Origin: a virus | Taxonomy: Duplodnaviria; Heunggongvirae; Uroviricota; Caudoviricetes; Demerecviridae | DNA length: 38,702 bases | Direction: 5' to 3' (one strand) | IMG/VR virus record: IMGVR_UViG_2974499565_000001 | Coordinates: 1 to 38,702 of that record | Part shown: in pieces, positions 1 through 8,649 of the stretch | Numbering within the stretch: position 1 is the first letter of the stretch | Layout of the letters: every line of letters begins with the position of its first letter | Made by a program: the position numbers and the translations under genes | Notes under the pieces: generated by a model | What the model was told of the DNA's origin: nothing | Seen by the model: the letters and a program-made list of their open reading frames with translations, nothing else | Databases searched by the model: none

Positions 1-483
1 ATGGCAAATGATGTTTTAGTACCAGATCTTATGTCCCCTGAAGGCATGGACGTAATCGAGGCTTATCTACAGTGTGGTAGCGATGTACGTATGGCTGCTC
101 GCAGTCTTGGTATGTCGGAAATTGCATTCAGGGATATTATGAATCGTGGGGAAGTCAAGAACTATCTCAATGATATATTTATGGAGAGTGGCTTCCGTAA
201 TCGTGACAAGTTATTTGGTGTACTCGATGAAGTTATCAAGCGTAAGCTGGAAGAACTCGAAGAAACTGGTATGGGATCTGACCAAGATATCATGGATATT
301 CTGTGGAAAGCCCACAAAATGAAGATGGAAGAGATGAAGATGATGGTAGAGCTAGAGAAAGCAAGAGCTGCCACACGTGCTCCTACTAATCAGACTAACA
401 TTCAGAACAATATTATTGCTGGCTCCGGTGATCAGAACTACATGGACTTAATTACTTCGCTAGCAACTGGAGGTAGAAAGTAA
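1..483 (+). CDS. terS: Terminase small subunit (T5-like)
   Basis: 160-aa ORF overlapping the terL start (TAATG). Closely resembles the T5 gene at this position (PDLMSPEG...[21 protein letters not shown]). The upstream RBS lies outside the window. Confidence 0.85.
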   Translation: MANDVLVPDLMSPEGMDVIEAYLQCGSDVRMAARSLGMSEIAFRDIMNRGEVKNYLNDIFMESGFRNRDKLFGVLDEVIKRKLEELEETGMGSDQDIMDILWKAHKMKMEEMKMMVELEKARAATRAPTNQTNIQNNIIAGSGDQNYMDLITSLATGGRK

Positions 484-1799
484 TGGAAGTCTCAAGACCG
501 TATATTAACACTACGGATGTTATTGACTTTGGTATAGACAAACGTTTCTTCCGTCTGCCAGTCTCTAGCATCCTAGCCCAAGAGGGGATTACACCTAATG
601 CCCCTCAGGTGGCAATTATTAATGCTTTAGAAGACCCTAGACATCGTTTCGTAACAGCATGTGTATCACGTCGTGTAGGCAAGTCATTCATCGCATACAC
701 GTTGGGATTCTTGAAACTTCTGGAACCCAACGTAAAGGTGCTTGTAGTTGCACCTAACTACTCACTGGCTAACATTGGTTGGTCACAGATTCGTGGTCTT
801 ATTAAGAAGTATGGATTGCAGACTGAACGTGAGAACGCCAAAGATAAAGAGATTGAGCTGGCAAACGGCTCTCTCTTCAAACTGGCTTCTGCGGCGCAGG
901 CTGACTCCGCGGTTGGACGTTCGTACGACTTCATTATCTTTGACGAAGCGGCAATTTCCGATGTTGGTGGTGCAGCGTTTGACATTCAGCTCCGTCCTAC
1001 CCTAGATAAGCCAAACTCTAAAGCTCTATTTATCTCTACACCTCGTGGTGGTAACTGGTTCAAAGAGTTCTATGAGAAAGGATTTAACGAAACGTTACCT
1101 AACTGGGTATCTATTCATGGTACATATCGGGATAATCCACGTGCTGATCTGAACGATATCGAGGAAGCGCGTCGTACTGTTAGTAAAAACTATTTCCGCC
1201 AAGAATATGAGGCTGACTTCTCGGTATTCGAAGGTCAAATCTTTGATACCTTCAATGCTATCGAACATGTTAAAGACCTTAAAGGTATGCGTCACTTCTT
1301 TAAAGATGATGAAGCATTCGAAACGTTGCTTGGTATTGACGTTGGTTATCGTGATCCAACAGCTGTTCTTACCATCAAATATCACTACGATACCGATATC
1401 TACTACATACTGGAAGAGTATCAACAGGCAGAGAAAACCACTGCCCAACATGCTGCTTACATCCAGCATTGTATAGATCGTTATAACGTTGACCGTATAT
1501 TTGTAGACTCCGCTGCTGCTCAGTTCCGTCAGGACTTAGCATATGAGCATGAGATCGCTTCCGCACCTGCTAAGAAGTCTGTCCTAGATGGTTTGGCATG
1601 CCTGCAAGCACTCTTCCAGCAGGGTAAGATCATTGTAGACGCTTCATGCACCTCACTGATTCACGCACTGGCCAACTATAAGTGGGATTTCCAAGAAGGT
1701 GAAGAAAAATTATCACGTGAAAAACCACGTCATGATGCAAGTTCACACCTTTGTGACGCCCTGCGTTATGGAATTTATTCAATTTCCCGTGGGAAATAA
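483..1799 (+). CDS. terL: Terminase large subunit
   Basis: 438 aa, the T5 length. Walker A-like SRRVGKS, Walker B FIIFDEAA, coupling motif ISTPRG, nuclease motifs GIDVG and HLCDALRY. Confidence 0.97.
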   Translation: MEVSRPYINTTDVIDFGIDKRFFRLPVSSILAQEGITPNAPQVAIINALEDPRHRFVTACVSRRVGKSFIAYTLGFLKLLEPNVKVLVVAPNYSLANIGWSQIRGLIKKYGLQTERENAKDKEIELANGSLFKLASAAQADSAVGRSYDFIIFDEAAISDVGGAAFDIQLRPTLDKPNSKALFISTPRGGNWFKEFYEKGFNETLPNWVSIHGTYRDNPRADLNDIEEARRTVSKNYFRQEYEADFSVFEGQIFDTFNAIEHVKDLKGMRHFFKDDEAFETLLGIDVGYRDPTAVLTIKYHYDTDIYYILEEYQQAEKTTAQHAAYIQHCIDRYNVDRIFVDSAAAQFRQDLAYEHEIASAPAKKSVLDGLACLQALFQQGKIIVDASCTSLIHALANYKWDFQEGEEKLSREKPRHDASSHLCDALRYGIYSISRGK

Positions 1800-1807
1800 A
1801 TAAGTAT

Positions 1808-1848
1808 AGGATGGGATACTACTCAGTTGGTATCCCATTCCTGCATTT
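1808..1848 (+). terminator. Hairpin after terL, probable intrinsic terminator
   Basis: ATGGGATAC (1811-1819) / GTATCCCAT (1830-1838) 9-bp stem, extendable with a bulge. The T-run (1845-1848) is short and offset. Confidence 0.55.
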
Positions 1849-1858
1849 TAAAATCCCC

Positions 1859-1887
1859 TTTACAAATTCGACATGATTATGTATACT
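1859..1887 (+). promoter_or_regulatory. Sigma70-type late promoter for the endonuclease-portal-head genes
   Basis: TTTACA (1859-1864), 17 bp, TATACT (1882-1887), with an AT-rich upstream tract. It sits right after the terL hairpin. Confidence 0.75.
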
Positions 1888-1970
1888 ATATTCATTGATC
1901 GGGAGAACTTCTCCCATAATAGAACGTAAACAAGAAAAATTAATGCTCCACATGGGGTGTAGGAGATTCT

Positions 1971-2645
1971 ATGGGTCGACAAAAGCTAACAATAAAAGAT
2001 ATAAATATTAGATTAGCTGATCGTGGAATCCAAATTGTCGGTGAGTATGTAAACCAACGTACAAAAACAGTATTTAAATGCCAGAGAGCACATGTTTGGG
2101 AAGCAACACCACATTCTATACTCCATATGGGGAGAGGTTGTCCACACTGCTCCAATAATACAATATCGTTAGATGAAGTTAATAACAGAATATCTAATAT
2201 AGGGTATACTCTGTTAAGCAGCTATACTAATGCTAAAACAAAACTACATCTACGCTGCAATAAGGGGCATGACTGTTTAATTACCTTAGATGGATTGACT
2301 CAAGGTAAGAGATGTCCTTATTGTTCTCTTAAGTGGGAGAATGGCGGATTCCTCTATATCATGTCCTCCTCTAGTGGTACTAAAGTAGGCATAAGCTTAT
2401 ACCCTGAGAAACGGCTGAATGAAGTTAAAAGAGAATCTGGATTTTCTGACCTATACTTGTTCACCATGTATCATCTGCCAGATAGAGAGACTGCTTTAGA
2501 TTTAGAAAAGGAAGTTCACAGAGAATATTATAATAAAAACTGTGGGTTTTCTAATTTTACAGGAAGCACGGAATTTTTTAATGTTGCTCCTGAGGATATA
2601 GTAATCTTTCTAAGTAGCTTTGGATTGGAGGATTATGGCCACTAA
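1971..2645 (+). CDS. Putative free-standing homing endonuclease: two tandem Zn-binding repeats plus a GIY-YIG-superfamily (T5orf172/MUG113-like) domain
   Basis: AGGAG RBS before the ATG. Repeats C37-x3-H41..C57PxC60 and C96-x3-H100..C115PxC118. C-terminal GFLYIM..KVG..KRL..LEKEVH..TEFF pattern. Confidence 0.75.
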   Translation: MGRQKLTIKDINIRLADRGIQIVGEYVNQRTKTVFKCQRAHVWEATPHSILHMGRGCPHCSNNTISLDEVNNRISNIGYTLLSSYTNAKTKLHLRCNKGHDCLITLDGLTQGKRCPYCSLKWENGGFLYIMSSSSGTKVGISLYPEKRLNEVKRESGFSDLYLFTMYHLPDRETALDLEKEVHREYYNKNCGFSNFTGSTEFFNVAPEDIVIFLSSFGLEDYGH

Positions 2646-3072
2646 TACTAAGTACAAACGTGATGCCATTTCCATAATGAGGGATGGTATAAAATCTAGG
2701 TATAGTAAGGATGGTTGCTGTGCTATATGTGGTAGTAGTGAAGACCTAGAACTTCACCATTATCATACTATATCTCAGCTAATAAAAAAATTTGCTAAAG
2801 AACTCCAGCTGGATTTCACTGATGAGAATATCGTCCTTTCAAATAGGGAAGCATTCTACAAGAAATATGAGCATGAGTTAGTTAGGGACGTGGTAACATT
2901 GTGCCAGCACCATCACCAACTATTACATAAGGTGTACACTAAAGAACCTCCCCTTTTCTCTGCAAATAAGCAGAAGGGATGGGTTCTTAAACAAAAGGAA
3001 AAGTTACAGAATCCTCACAAAGAGACACAAGTCAAGACTGAAACTAAATCAGGATTCGCAAGGTTCTTATAA
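2635..3072 (+). CDS. HNH nicking endonuclease (T5-type, next to portal)
   Basis: CAIC..LELHH..VTLCQHHHQLLH HNH/Zn motif and T5 synteny. The start is moved from the TTG at 2620 to the ATG at 2635, which follows GGAGG; 145 aa. Confidence 0.85.
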   Translation: MATNTKYKRDAISIMRDGIKSRYSKDGCCAICGSSEDLELHHYHTISQLIKKFAKELQLDFTDENIVLSNREAFYKKYEHELVRDVVTLCQHHHQLLHKVYTKEPPLFSANKQKGWVLKQKEKLQNPHKETQVKTETKSGFARFL

Positions 3073-4289
3073 TGGGTTTAAAAAGCTGGATTACTGAAAA
3101 GCTAAATCCGGGTCAACGTATTATAAGAGACATGGAACCAGTTAGTCATCGTACTAACCGAAAGCCTTTTACCACAGGTCAAGCCTACAGTAAGATTGAG
3201 ATTCTCAACCGAACTGCTAACATGGTTATTGATAGTGCGGCTGAGTGTTCTTACACTGTCGGAGCAAAATATAATATTGTCACGTACGCTAATGGCGTCA
3301 AGGCAAAGACTCTAGACACTCTCTTAAATGTACGACCTAATCCATTCATGGATATAAGCACATTCCGTAGACTTGTAGTCACTGACCTACTTTTTGAAGG
3401 TTGTGCATACATCTATTGGGATGGCACAGCACTTTACCATGTCCCGGCTGCTCTTATGCAGGTCGAGGCAGATGCCAATAAGTTTATCAAAAAATTTATA
3501 TTTAATAATCAGATAGACTATCGCGTAGATGAGATTATCTTTATAAAGGATAACAGTTACGTGTGTGGCACAAACTCTCAAATTTCTGGACAATCTCGTG
3601 TTGCTACTGTTATTGACTCTCTTGAGAAGCGTTCTAAAATGCTTAACTTTAAAGAGAAGTTCCTCGACAATGGTACAGTGATTGGTCTTATTCTTGAGAC
3701 GGATGAAATCCTGAACAAGAAATTGCGTGAGCGTAAACAAGAAGAATTACAACTCGATTATAATCCTAGTACGGGTCAGTCTACTGTCCTGATTCTAGAT
3801 GGTGGTATGAAAGCAAAACCGTACTCCCAAATATCCTCATTTAAAGATCTAGACTTTAAAGACGACATTGAACGTTTCGATAAGAGCGTCTGTCTGGCTT
3901 TTGGTGTTCCGCAAGTTCTGATTGATGGTGGTAATAACGCTAATATTCGACCAAACATCGAATTGTTCTACTACATGACAATCGTTCCTATGCTGAACAA
4001 ACTGACTAGTTCTCTTACTTTCTTCTTTGGTTACAAGATTACTCCTGATACTAAGGAAGTAGTTGCGTTAACTCCAGATAAGGAAGCTGAGGCTAAACAT
4101 TTAACCTCTCTGGTTAATAACGGTATCATGACTGGTAACGAAGCTCGTATGGAGCTGAACCTTGAACCTTTAGATGATGAGCAGATGAATAAGATTCGTA
4201 TTCCTGCTAACGTTGCTGGTTCTGCTACAGGTGTATCTGGTCAAGAAGGTGGTAGACCGCAAGGTTCCGCCGAAGGGGATGAAGAATGA
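3072..4289 (+). CDS. pb7: Portal protein
   Basis: 405 aa, near-identical to recalled T5 pb7 (WITEKLNPGQRIIRDMEP, RPNPFMD, LAFGVPQVL). HK97-like portal. Confidence 0.97.
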   Translation: MGLKSWITEKLNPGQRIIRDMEPVSHRTNRKPFTTGQAYSKIEILNRTANMVIDSAAECSYTVGAKYNIVTYANGVKAKTLDTLLNVRPNPFMDISTFRRLVVTDLLFEGCAYIYWDGTALYHVPAALMQVEADANKFIKKFIFNNQIDYRVDEIIFIKDNSYVCGTNSQISGQSRVATVIDSLEKRSKMLNFKEKFLDNGTVIGLILETDEILNKKLRERKQEELQLDYNPSTGQSTVLILDGGMKAKPYSQISSFKDLDFKDDIERFDKSVCLAFGVPQVLIDGGNNANIRPNIELFYYMTIVPMLNKLTSSLTFFFGYKITPDTKEVVALTPDKEAEAKHLTSLVNNGIMTGNEARMELNLEPLDDEQMNKIRIPANVAGSATGVSGQEGGRPQGSAEGDEE

Positions 4290-4768
4290 TTGATTATGAT
4301 GGTCTGAAGGCCATTTTTGGTGAGAAGTTACCAGAATCTCATATCTTCTTTGCTACGGTTGCAGCACACAAGTTTGTTCCAAACTATGCTACTCTACGTA
4401 AAGAGTTCGGAATGACCACTGCACATACCAACCGCAAGGTTTGGAATAAGTTCAAAGAAGCTTACGAAACTACTGCTCCGGTTGTCCCGGCTCTAGCTTT
4501 CACGAAGAATCTGGCTAAAACTCTAGCTGTTGAAGAAGGCGCGGCAATTAATCTAGGTGTTACGGTTACTGGTGGTACTGCACCATACACGTATGCTTGG
4601 ACTAAAGATGGTTCTCCACTAAGTGGTGCTGCCGGCCCTAACTTCAATAAAGCGACCGCGGCTGCAGAAGATGCAGGTACTTACAAAGTAGTAGTAACGG
4701 ATAGTAAATCTACTGCCATTACTTCTAACGAATGTGTAACTACTGTTAACCCTACTGCTGGAGGCTAA
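4286..4768 (+). CDS. pb10: Head decoration protein with C-terminal Ig-like domain
   Basis: IFGEKLPESHIFFATVAAHK N-terminus and GGTAPYTYAWTKDG..DAGTYKVVVTDS Ig motif, as in T5 pb10. Confidence 0.93.
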   Translation: MIDYDGLKAIFGEKLPESHIFFATVAAHKFVPNYATLRKEFGMTTAHTNRKVWNKFKEAYETTAPVVPALAFTKNLAKTLAVEEGAAINLGVTVTGGTAPYTYAWTKDGSPLSGAAGPNFNKATAAAEDAGTYKVVVTDSKSTAITSNECVTTVNPTAGG

Positions 4769-4771
4769 TAA

Positions 4772-5401
4772 ATGACAAATGCTGCGATTGACTATAACAA
4801 GTTAAAATCAGCACCGGTTCATTTAGACGCTTACGTTAAGTCTATTGATAGCGAGTCTGAAGGTGTCGTTAAGATCCGTGGATTCGCTAATACAATTAGT
4901 AAAGATCGCGCTGGTGACGTTATTCCTGCTTCGGCATGGAAAACGTCAAATGCACTTACTAACTACATGAAAAACCCGATTATTCTTTTCGGTCACGACC
5001 ATCGTCGTCCAATCGGTAAGTGTATTGATCTTAATCCTACAGAAATGGGACTTGAGATTGAATGTGAAGTTTATGAAGCTTCCGACCCTGCGATTTTCTC
5101 ACTAATTAAAAACGGTGTACTGAAAACTTTTAGTATTGGATTCCGCTGCCTAGATGCAGAATGGGATGAAGCTACTGATATTTTTATTATTAAAGATTTA
5201 GAACTATACGAAGTCTCGGTAGTTTCTGTACCGTGTAACCAAGACTCTACTTTTAACCTAGCTAAGAGTATGAATGGTCATGATTACACTGAATGGCGTA
5301 AATCTTTTACTGCAACAAGTTCTAAAGCTGTCCCAGCTCAAGAACGTAATCTTTCTGAACTAGAAAAACTTGCGATAGCTTTAGGCTACGTTAAAGAATA
5401 A
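4772..5401 (+). CDS. pb11: Prohead protease (HK97-type)
   Basis: ILFGHDH, FSIGF and EVSVVSVPCN motifs. GGAGG RBS. Confidence 0.95.
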   Translation: MTNAAIDYNKLKSAPVHLDAYVKSIDSESEGVVKIRGFANTISKDRAGDVIPASAWKTSNALTNYMKNPIILFGHDHRRPIGKCIDLNPTEMGLEIECEVYEASDPAIFSLIKNGVLKTFSIGFRCLDAEWDEATDIFIIKDLELYEVSVVSVPCNQDSTFNLAKSMNGHDYTEWRKSFTATSSKAVPAQERNLSELEKLAIALGYVKE

Positions 5402-5418
5402 CGGAGAATTATTTAAAA

Positions 5419-6795
5419 ATGACTATTGATATTAATAAGCTGAAGGAAGAACTTGGTCTGGGTGATCTGGCTAAATCTCTGGAAGGTCTGACTGCTGCTC
5501 AGAAAGCTGCGGAAGCTAAGCGTCTGCGTGAAGAGCAGGAAGAGAAAGAACTGGCTCGTATGAATGATCTGGTTTCTAAAGCTGTTGGCGAAGATCGTAA
5601 GAAGCTGGAAGAAGCACTGGATCTGGTTAAATCTCTGGATGAAAAGTCTAAGAAGAGCGCAGAACTATTTGCACAGACTGTAGAGAAGCAGCAGGAAACC
5701 ATCGTTGGTCTTCAGGACGAAATCAAGTCTCTGTTGGCAGCTCGTGAAGGTCGTTCCTTCGTTGGTGATAGCGTAGCTAAAGCTCTTTATGGCACTCAGG
5801 ATGCTTTCGAAGATGAAGTTGAGAAACTGGTTCTTCTGTCTTATATGATGGAGAAGGACGTATTCGAAACTGAACACGGTAAGGCTCACGTTAAAGCTGT
5901 AAACGGTTCTTCTTCCGTTTCCATGTCTAGCGAAGCATACGAAACTATCTTCTCTACTCGTATTATTCGTGACCTGCAGAAGGAACTGGTAGTTGGTGCG
6001 CTGTTCGATGAACTGCCAATGTCCAGTAAAATCCTTACTATGCTGGTTGAACCAGAAGCTGGTCGTGCTACCTGGGTAGATGCTTCCAAATTCGGTACTG
6101 ATGAAACTGTTGGTGACGAAGTTAAAGGTCAACTGACTGAAATTAGCTTCAAAACTTACAAGCTGGCTGCTAAGTCCTTCATCACTGATGAAACTGAAGA
6201 AGATGCTATCTTCTCCCTGCTGCCTCTGCTACGTAAGCGTCTGATCGAAGCACACGCTGTTTCTATTGAGGAAGCCTTCATGAACGGTACTGGTACTGGT
6301 CAGCCTAAGGGTCTTCTGAAACTGGCTGCTGATGACAGTGCTAAAGTTGTTACCGAAGCTAAAGCTGACGGTTCCGTACTGGTAACCGCTAAGACTATCT
6401 CTAAGCTGCGCCGTAAACTGGGCCGCCACGGTCTGAAGCTTTCCAAGCTGGTACTGATCGTATCTATGGATGCTTATTACGATCTGCTGGAAGATGAAGA
6501 ATGGCAGGACGTTGCTCAGGTTGGTAATGATGCTGTTAAACTGCAGGGTCAGGTTGGTCGTATTTACGGTCTGCCGGTTGTAGTTTCTGAGTACTTCCCA
6601 GCTAAAGCTGCTTCTGCAGAATTCGCAGTAATCGTCTATAAGGACAACTTCGTAATGCCACGTCAGCGTGCTGTTACTGTTGAACGTGAGCGCCAAGCTG
6701 GCAAACAGCGTGACGCATACTACGTTACTCAGCGTGTTAACCTGCAACGTTACTTTGAGAACGGCGTTGTATCTGGTGCTTACGCTGCATCTTAA
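5419..6795 (+). CDS. pb8: Major capsid protein precursor with coiled-coil delta/scaffold domain
   Basis: 458 aa, the T5 length. Charged helical N-terminus followed by HK97-fold sequence. Strongly biased highly expressed codons (CTG, GCT, CGT). Confidence 0.97.
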   Translation: MTIDINKLKEELGLGDLAKSLEGLTAAQKAAEAKRLREEQEEKELARMNDLVSKAVGEDRKKLEEALDLVKSLDEKSKKSAELFAQTVEKQQETIVGLQDEIKSLLAAREGRSFVGDSVAKALYGTQDAFEDEVEKLVLLSYMMEKDVFETEHGKAHVKAVNGSSSVSMSSEAYETIFSTRIIRDLQKELVVGALFDELPMSSKILTMLVEPEAGRATWVDASKFGTDETVGDEVKGQLTEISFKTYKLAAKSFITDETEEDAIFSLLPLLRKRLIEAHAVSIEEAFMNGTGTGQPKGLLKLAADDSAKVVTEAKADGSVLVTAKTISKLRRKLGRHGLKLSKLVLIVSMDAYYDLLEDEEWQDVAQVGNDAVKLQGQVGRIYGLPVVVSEYFPAKAASAEFAVIVYKDNFVMPRQRAVTVERERQAGKQRDAYYVTQRVNLQRYFENGVVSGAYAAS

Positions 6796-6814
6796 TACAG
6801 GCTTTTCAGCCGAT

Positions 6815-6840
6815 AAGGAGAGCTTCGGCTCTCCTTTTTT
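6815..6840 (+). terminator. Intrinsic terminator after major capsid gene
   Basis: AAGGAGAGC-TTCG-GCTCTCCTT stem with a C(UUCG)G tetraloop, then a T-run (6835-6840). Confidence 0.93.
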
Positions 6841-6857
6841 ATTGGGAAAAATAAATG
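6833..6857 (+). repeat. 25-nt exact repeat, copy 1 (CCTTTTTTATTGGGAAAAATAAATG)
   Basis: Identical to 11850-11874. Spans the terminator tail, leader and ATG of p144. Confidence 0.9.
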
Positions 6858-7367
6858 CAAATCATCACTGTTGAAGATTACAGACTATATGCTAACGCAA
6901 AACGTCCTGAAATTGAAACTCAAGTAGATATGATGATTAAAGCTGCCAATACGCTGATTACTAGCCTTTTAGGTATGGACGACGCGGATGCGGTAGATCA
7001 ATTAATCACTACTAAACCTAGCCGTAGGAAGTACTTTTTGAGTTCTCCTTCTGCTACATCAGTTACAAAGATGACTATTAATGAGGATGAAATAGATCCG
7101 GAGCAGTACAAACTGTATCCAGACGGTGTTATTCTCCTTAAGTTTAGTCCACCAGAAGGGTATATGGATGTAGAATATACACAAGGTGGTTTCAACCCAA
7201 TGCCTGAAGATCTCAAGTTGGCTGCATGTCTATTAGTAGATCACTGGCATAAACAAGATTATCGTCAAGCCAAGACTATTGGTGGTGAAACAGTAACGTT
7301 TAATAATACTAAGTCAGGTATTCCTGAGCATATTCGTACTATCATCGAAGTCTACAGGAGAGTATAA
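6855..7367 (+). CDS. p144: Head completion protein
   Basis: 170 aa. gp6/gp15-like MPEDLKLAACLLVDHW motif and T5 synteny. Confidence 0.85.
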   Translation: MQIITVEDYRLYANAKRPEIETQVDMMIKAANTLITSLLGMDDADAVDQLITTKPSRRKYFLSSPSATSVTKMTINEDEIDPEQYKLYPDGVILLKFSPPEGYMDVEYTQGGFNPMPEDLKLAACLLVDHWHKQDYRQAKTIGGETVTFNNTKSGIPEHIRTIIEVYRRV

Positions 7368-8134
7368 TGTCTCTTTCTGACCTAGCTAGACAGATTATTA
7401 AAGAGCAGTTAGATACAGCAGGACGATCTGAAAATAATAAGAACACTGTTGTGTATACTGTGGAAACTGGGCTTAAAGATCCAAAAAGGGATGGTACTGT
7501 TGCGCAAGTATCATTCAAATTCTCTAAGCCTGTATCACAAGACTTATTAAATGTGAGAACAGCCTCCATCTTAAAGGCTGTTTCCGCTAACTTAGATCTT
7601 TCTGGTGACTTAGGTGCTCTAGAAAATCTTATACAAGCCACGGCAGGAAAAAGATCCGCCGTTGGTAAGAAACGCTCAACCGGTAGGGTTCAGGTAAACT
7701 TTGGTGATCCTAGGGATACTGAAGATGGTTATTCAGGTGCAGTTACAGGCGCGGCAGGACGATTTGTTTCAAATAGTAATATGAAAGCTATATTAGAAAT
7801 AGTAGCTAAAGAATATCTTATTAAGGATATGAAGAAAGCAGGAGCACCTTTGAAGTTTAGAACTGGCCGCTTCGCCAACTCCCTTAAAATTAAAGATGTT
7901 ATGTTACGTGATGCTGAAACAAGCCGTAGTGCTCCTGAACTTAATGTGACCTATAATTATATGGTTAGACCTTACTCAGTATTCAACCCAGCAGTATCTA
8001 CCTACCGCAGACTGTCGTTATGTCCCTACCCTGGAGCAAGAAACCCACAAAAACTTATTGGGGAAGCGATAGCTAAAGCTGCAAGAGACCTGATTCACTC
8101 TAGATATAAAATCAAGGTTAATCAAGGAACCTAA
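7367..8134 (+). CDS. p143: Tail completion protein
   Basis: 255 aa, basic. T5 synteny and recalled similarity (PLKFRTGRFANS). Confidence 0.82.
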   Translation: MSLSDLARQIIKEQLDTAGRSENNKNTVVYTVETGLKDPKRDGTVAQVSFKFSKPVSQDLLNVRTASILKAVSANLDLSGDLGALENLIQATAGKRSAVGKKRSTGRVQVNFGDPRDTEDGYSGAVTGAAGRFVSNSNMKAILEIVAKEYLIKDMKKAGAPLKFRTGRFANSLKIKDVMLRDAETSRSAPELNVTYNYMVRPYSVFNPAVSTYRRLSLCPYPGARNPQKLIGEAIAKAARDLIHSRYKIKVNQGT

Positions 8135-8137
8135 TAA

Positions 8138-8623
8138 ATGGATCACAGAACAAGTATTGCACAAGCGCTGGTTGACCGAATCTCCACACAAATGGACGGA
8201 TCTCAGCCAGATGAGTATTTTAACAACCTTTATGGAAACGTTTCTCGTCAAACTTATAGATTTGAGGAGATCCGAGAATTCCCTTATGTGGCAGTTCATA
8301 TAGGAACTGAAACTGGGCAGTATCTTCCTTCAGGTCAACAGTGGATGTTTTTAGAACTTCCAATTCTGGTCTATGACAAAGAAGAAACAGATATTCAAGA
8401 GCAACTTGAAAAACTCGTAGCTGACATAAAAACCGTCATTGACACAGGTGGAAATTTAGAATATACTGTTAGTAAACCTAATGGATCGACCTTCCCATGT
8501 GAGGCAACTGATATGAGCATCACATCAGTTAGTACAGATGAGGGTCTACTGGCCCCATATGGTTTAGCGGAAATAAATGTAACAGTGCGCTATATGCCAC
8601 CTAAGCGTGCATTACGCAGATAA
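8138..8623 (+). CDS. p142: Tail terminator protein
   Basis: 161 aa immediately before the tail tube gene. T5 synteny and FPYVAVHIG motif. Confidence 0.82.
   Translation: MDHRTSIAQALVDRISTQMDGSQPDEYFNNLYGNVSRQTYRFEEIREFPYVAVHIGTETGQYLPSGQQWMFLELPILVYDKEETDIQEQLEKLVADIKTVIDTGGNLEYTVSKPNGSTFPCEATDMSITSVSTDEGLLAPYGLAEINVTVRYMPPKRALRR
8439..8467 (+). promoter_or_regulatory. Late promoter inside p142 driving pb6 (homologue of T5 PJ5)
   Basis: TTGACA (8439-8444), 17 bp, TATACT (8462-8467). The flanks match the recalled PJ5 sequence (TTGACACAGGTGGAAATTTAGAATATACTGTTAGTAAACCTAATGGATCGACC). Confidence 0.88.
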
Positions 8624-8649
8624 GTTACAGATTAGGAGAATATAAATAA

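Noticed and set aside
1811-1876. 21-codon ORF MGYYSVG..
   Set aside because: It coincides with the terminator hairpin and promoter and has no convincing SD.
2620-2634. TTG start for the HNH nickase
   Set aside because: The ATG at 2635 has a GGAGG SD at good spacing; the TTG has none.
3613-3640. TTGACT, 16 bp, TAAAAT inside the portal gene
   Set aside because: The spacing is suboptimal and such matches are common in AT-rich DNA. It needs TSS data.
5499-6747. Long antisense ORFs over the major capsid gene (5665-6132, 6229-6747 and others)
   Set aside because: These are shadow ORFs expected from strong codon bias on the coding strand. They have no RBS and non-protein-like composition.
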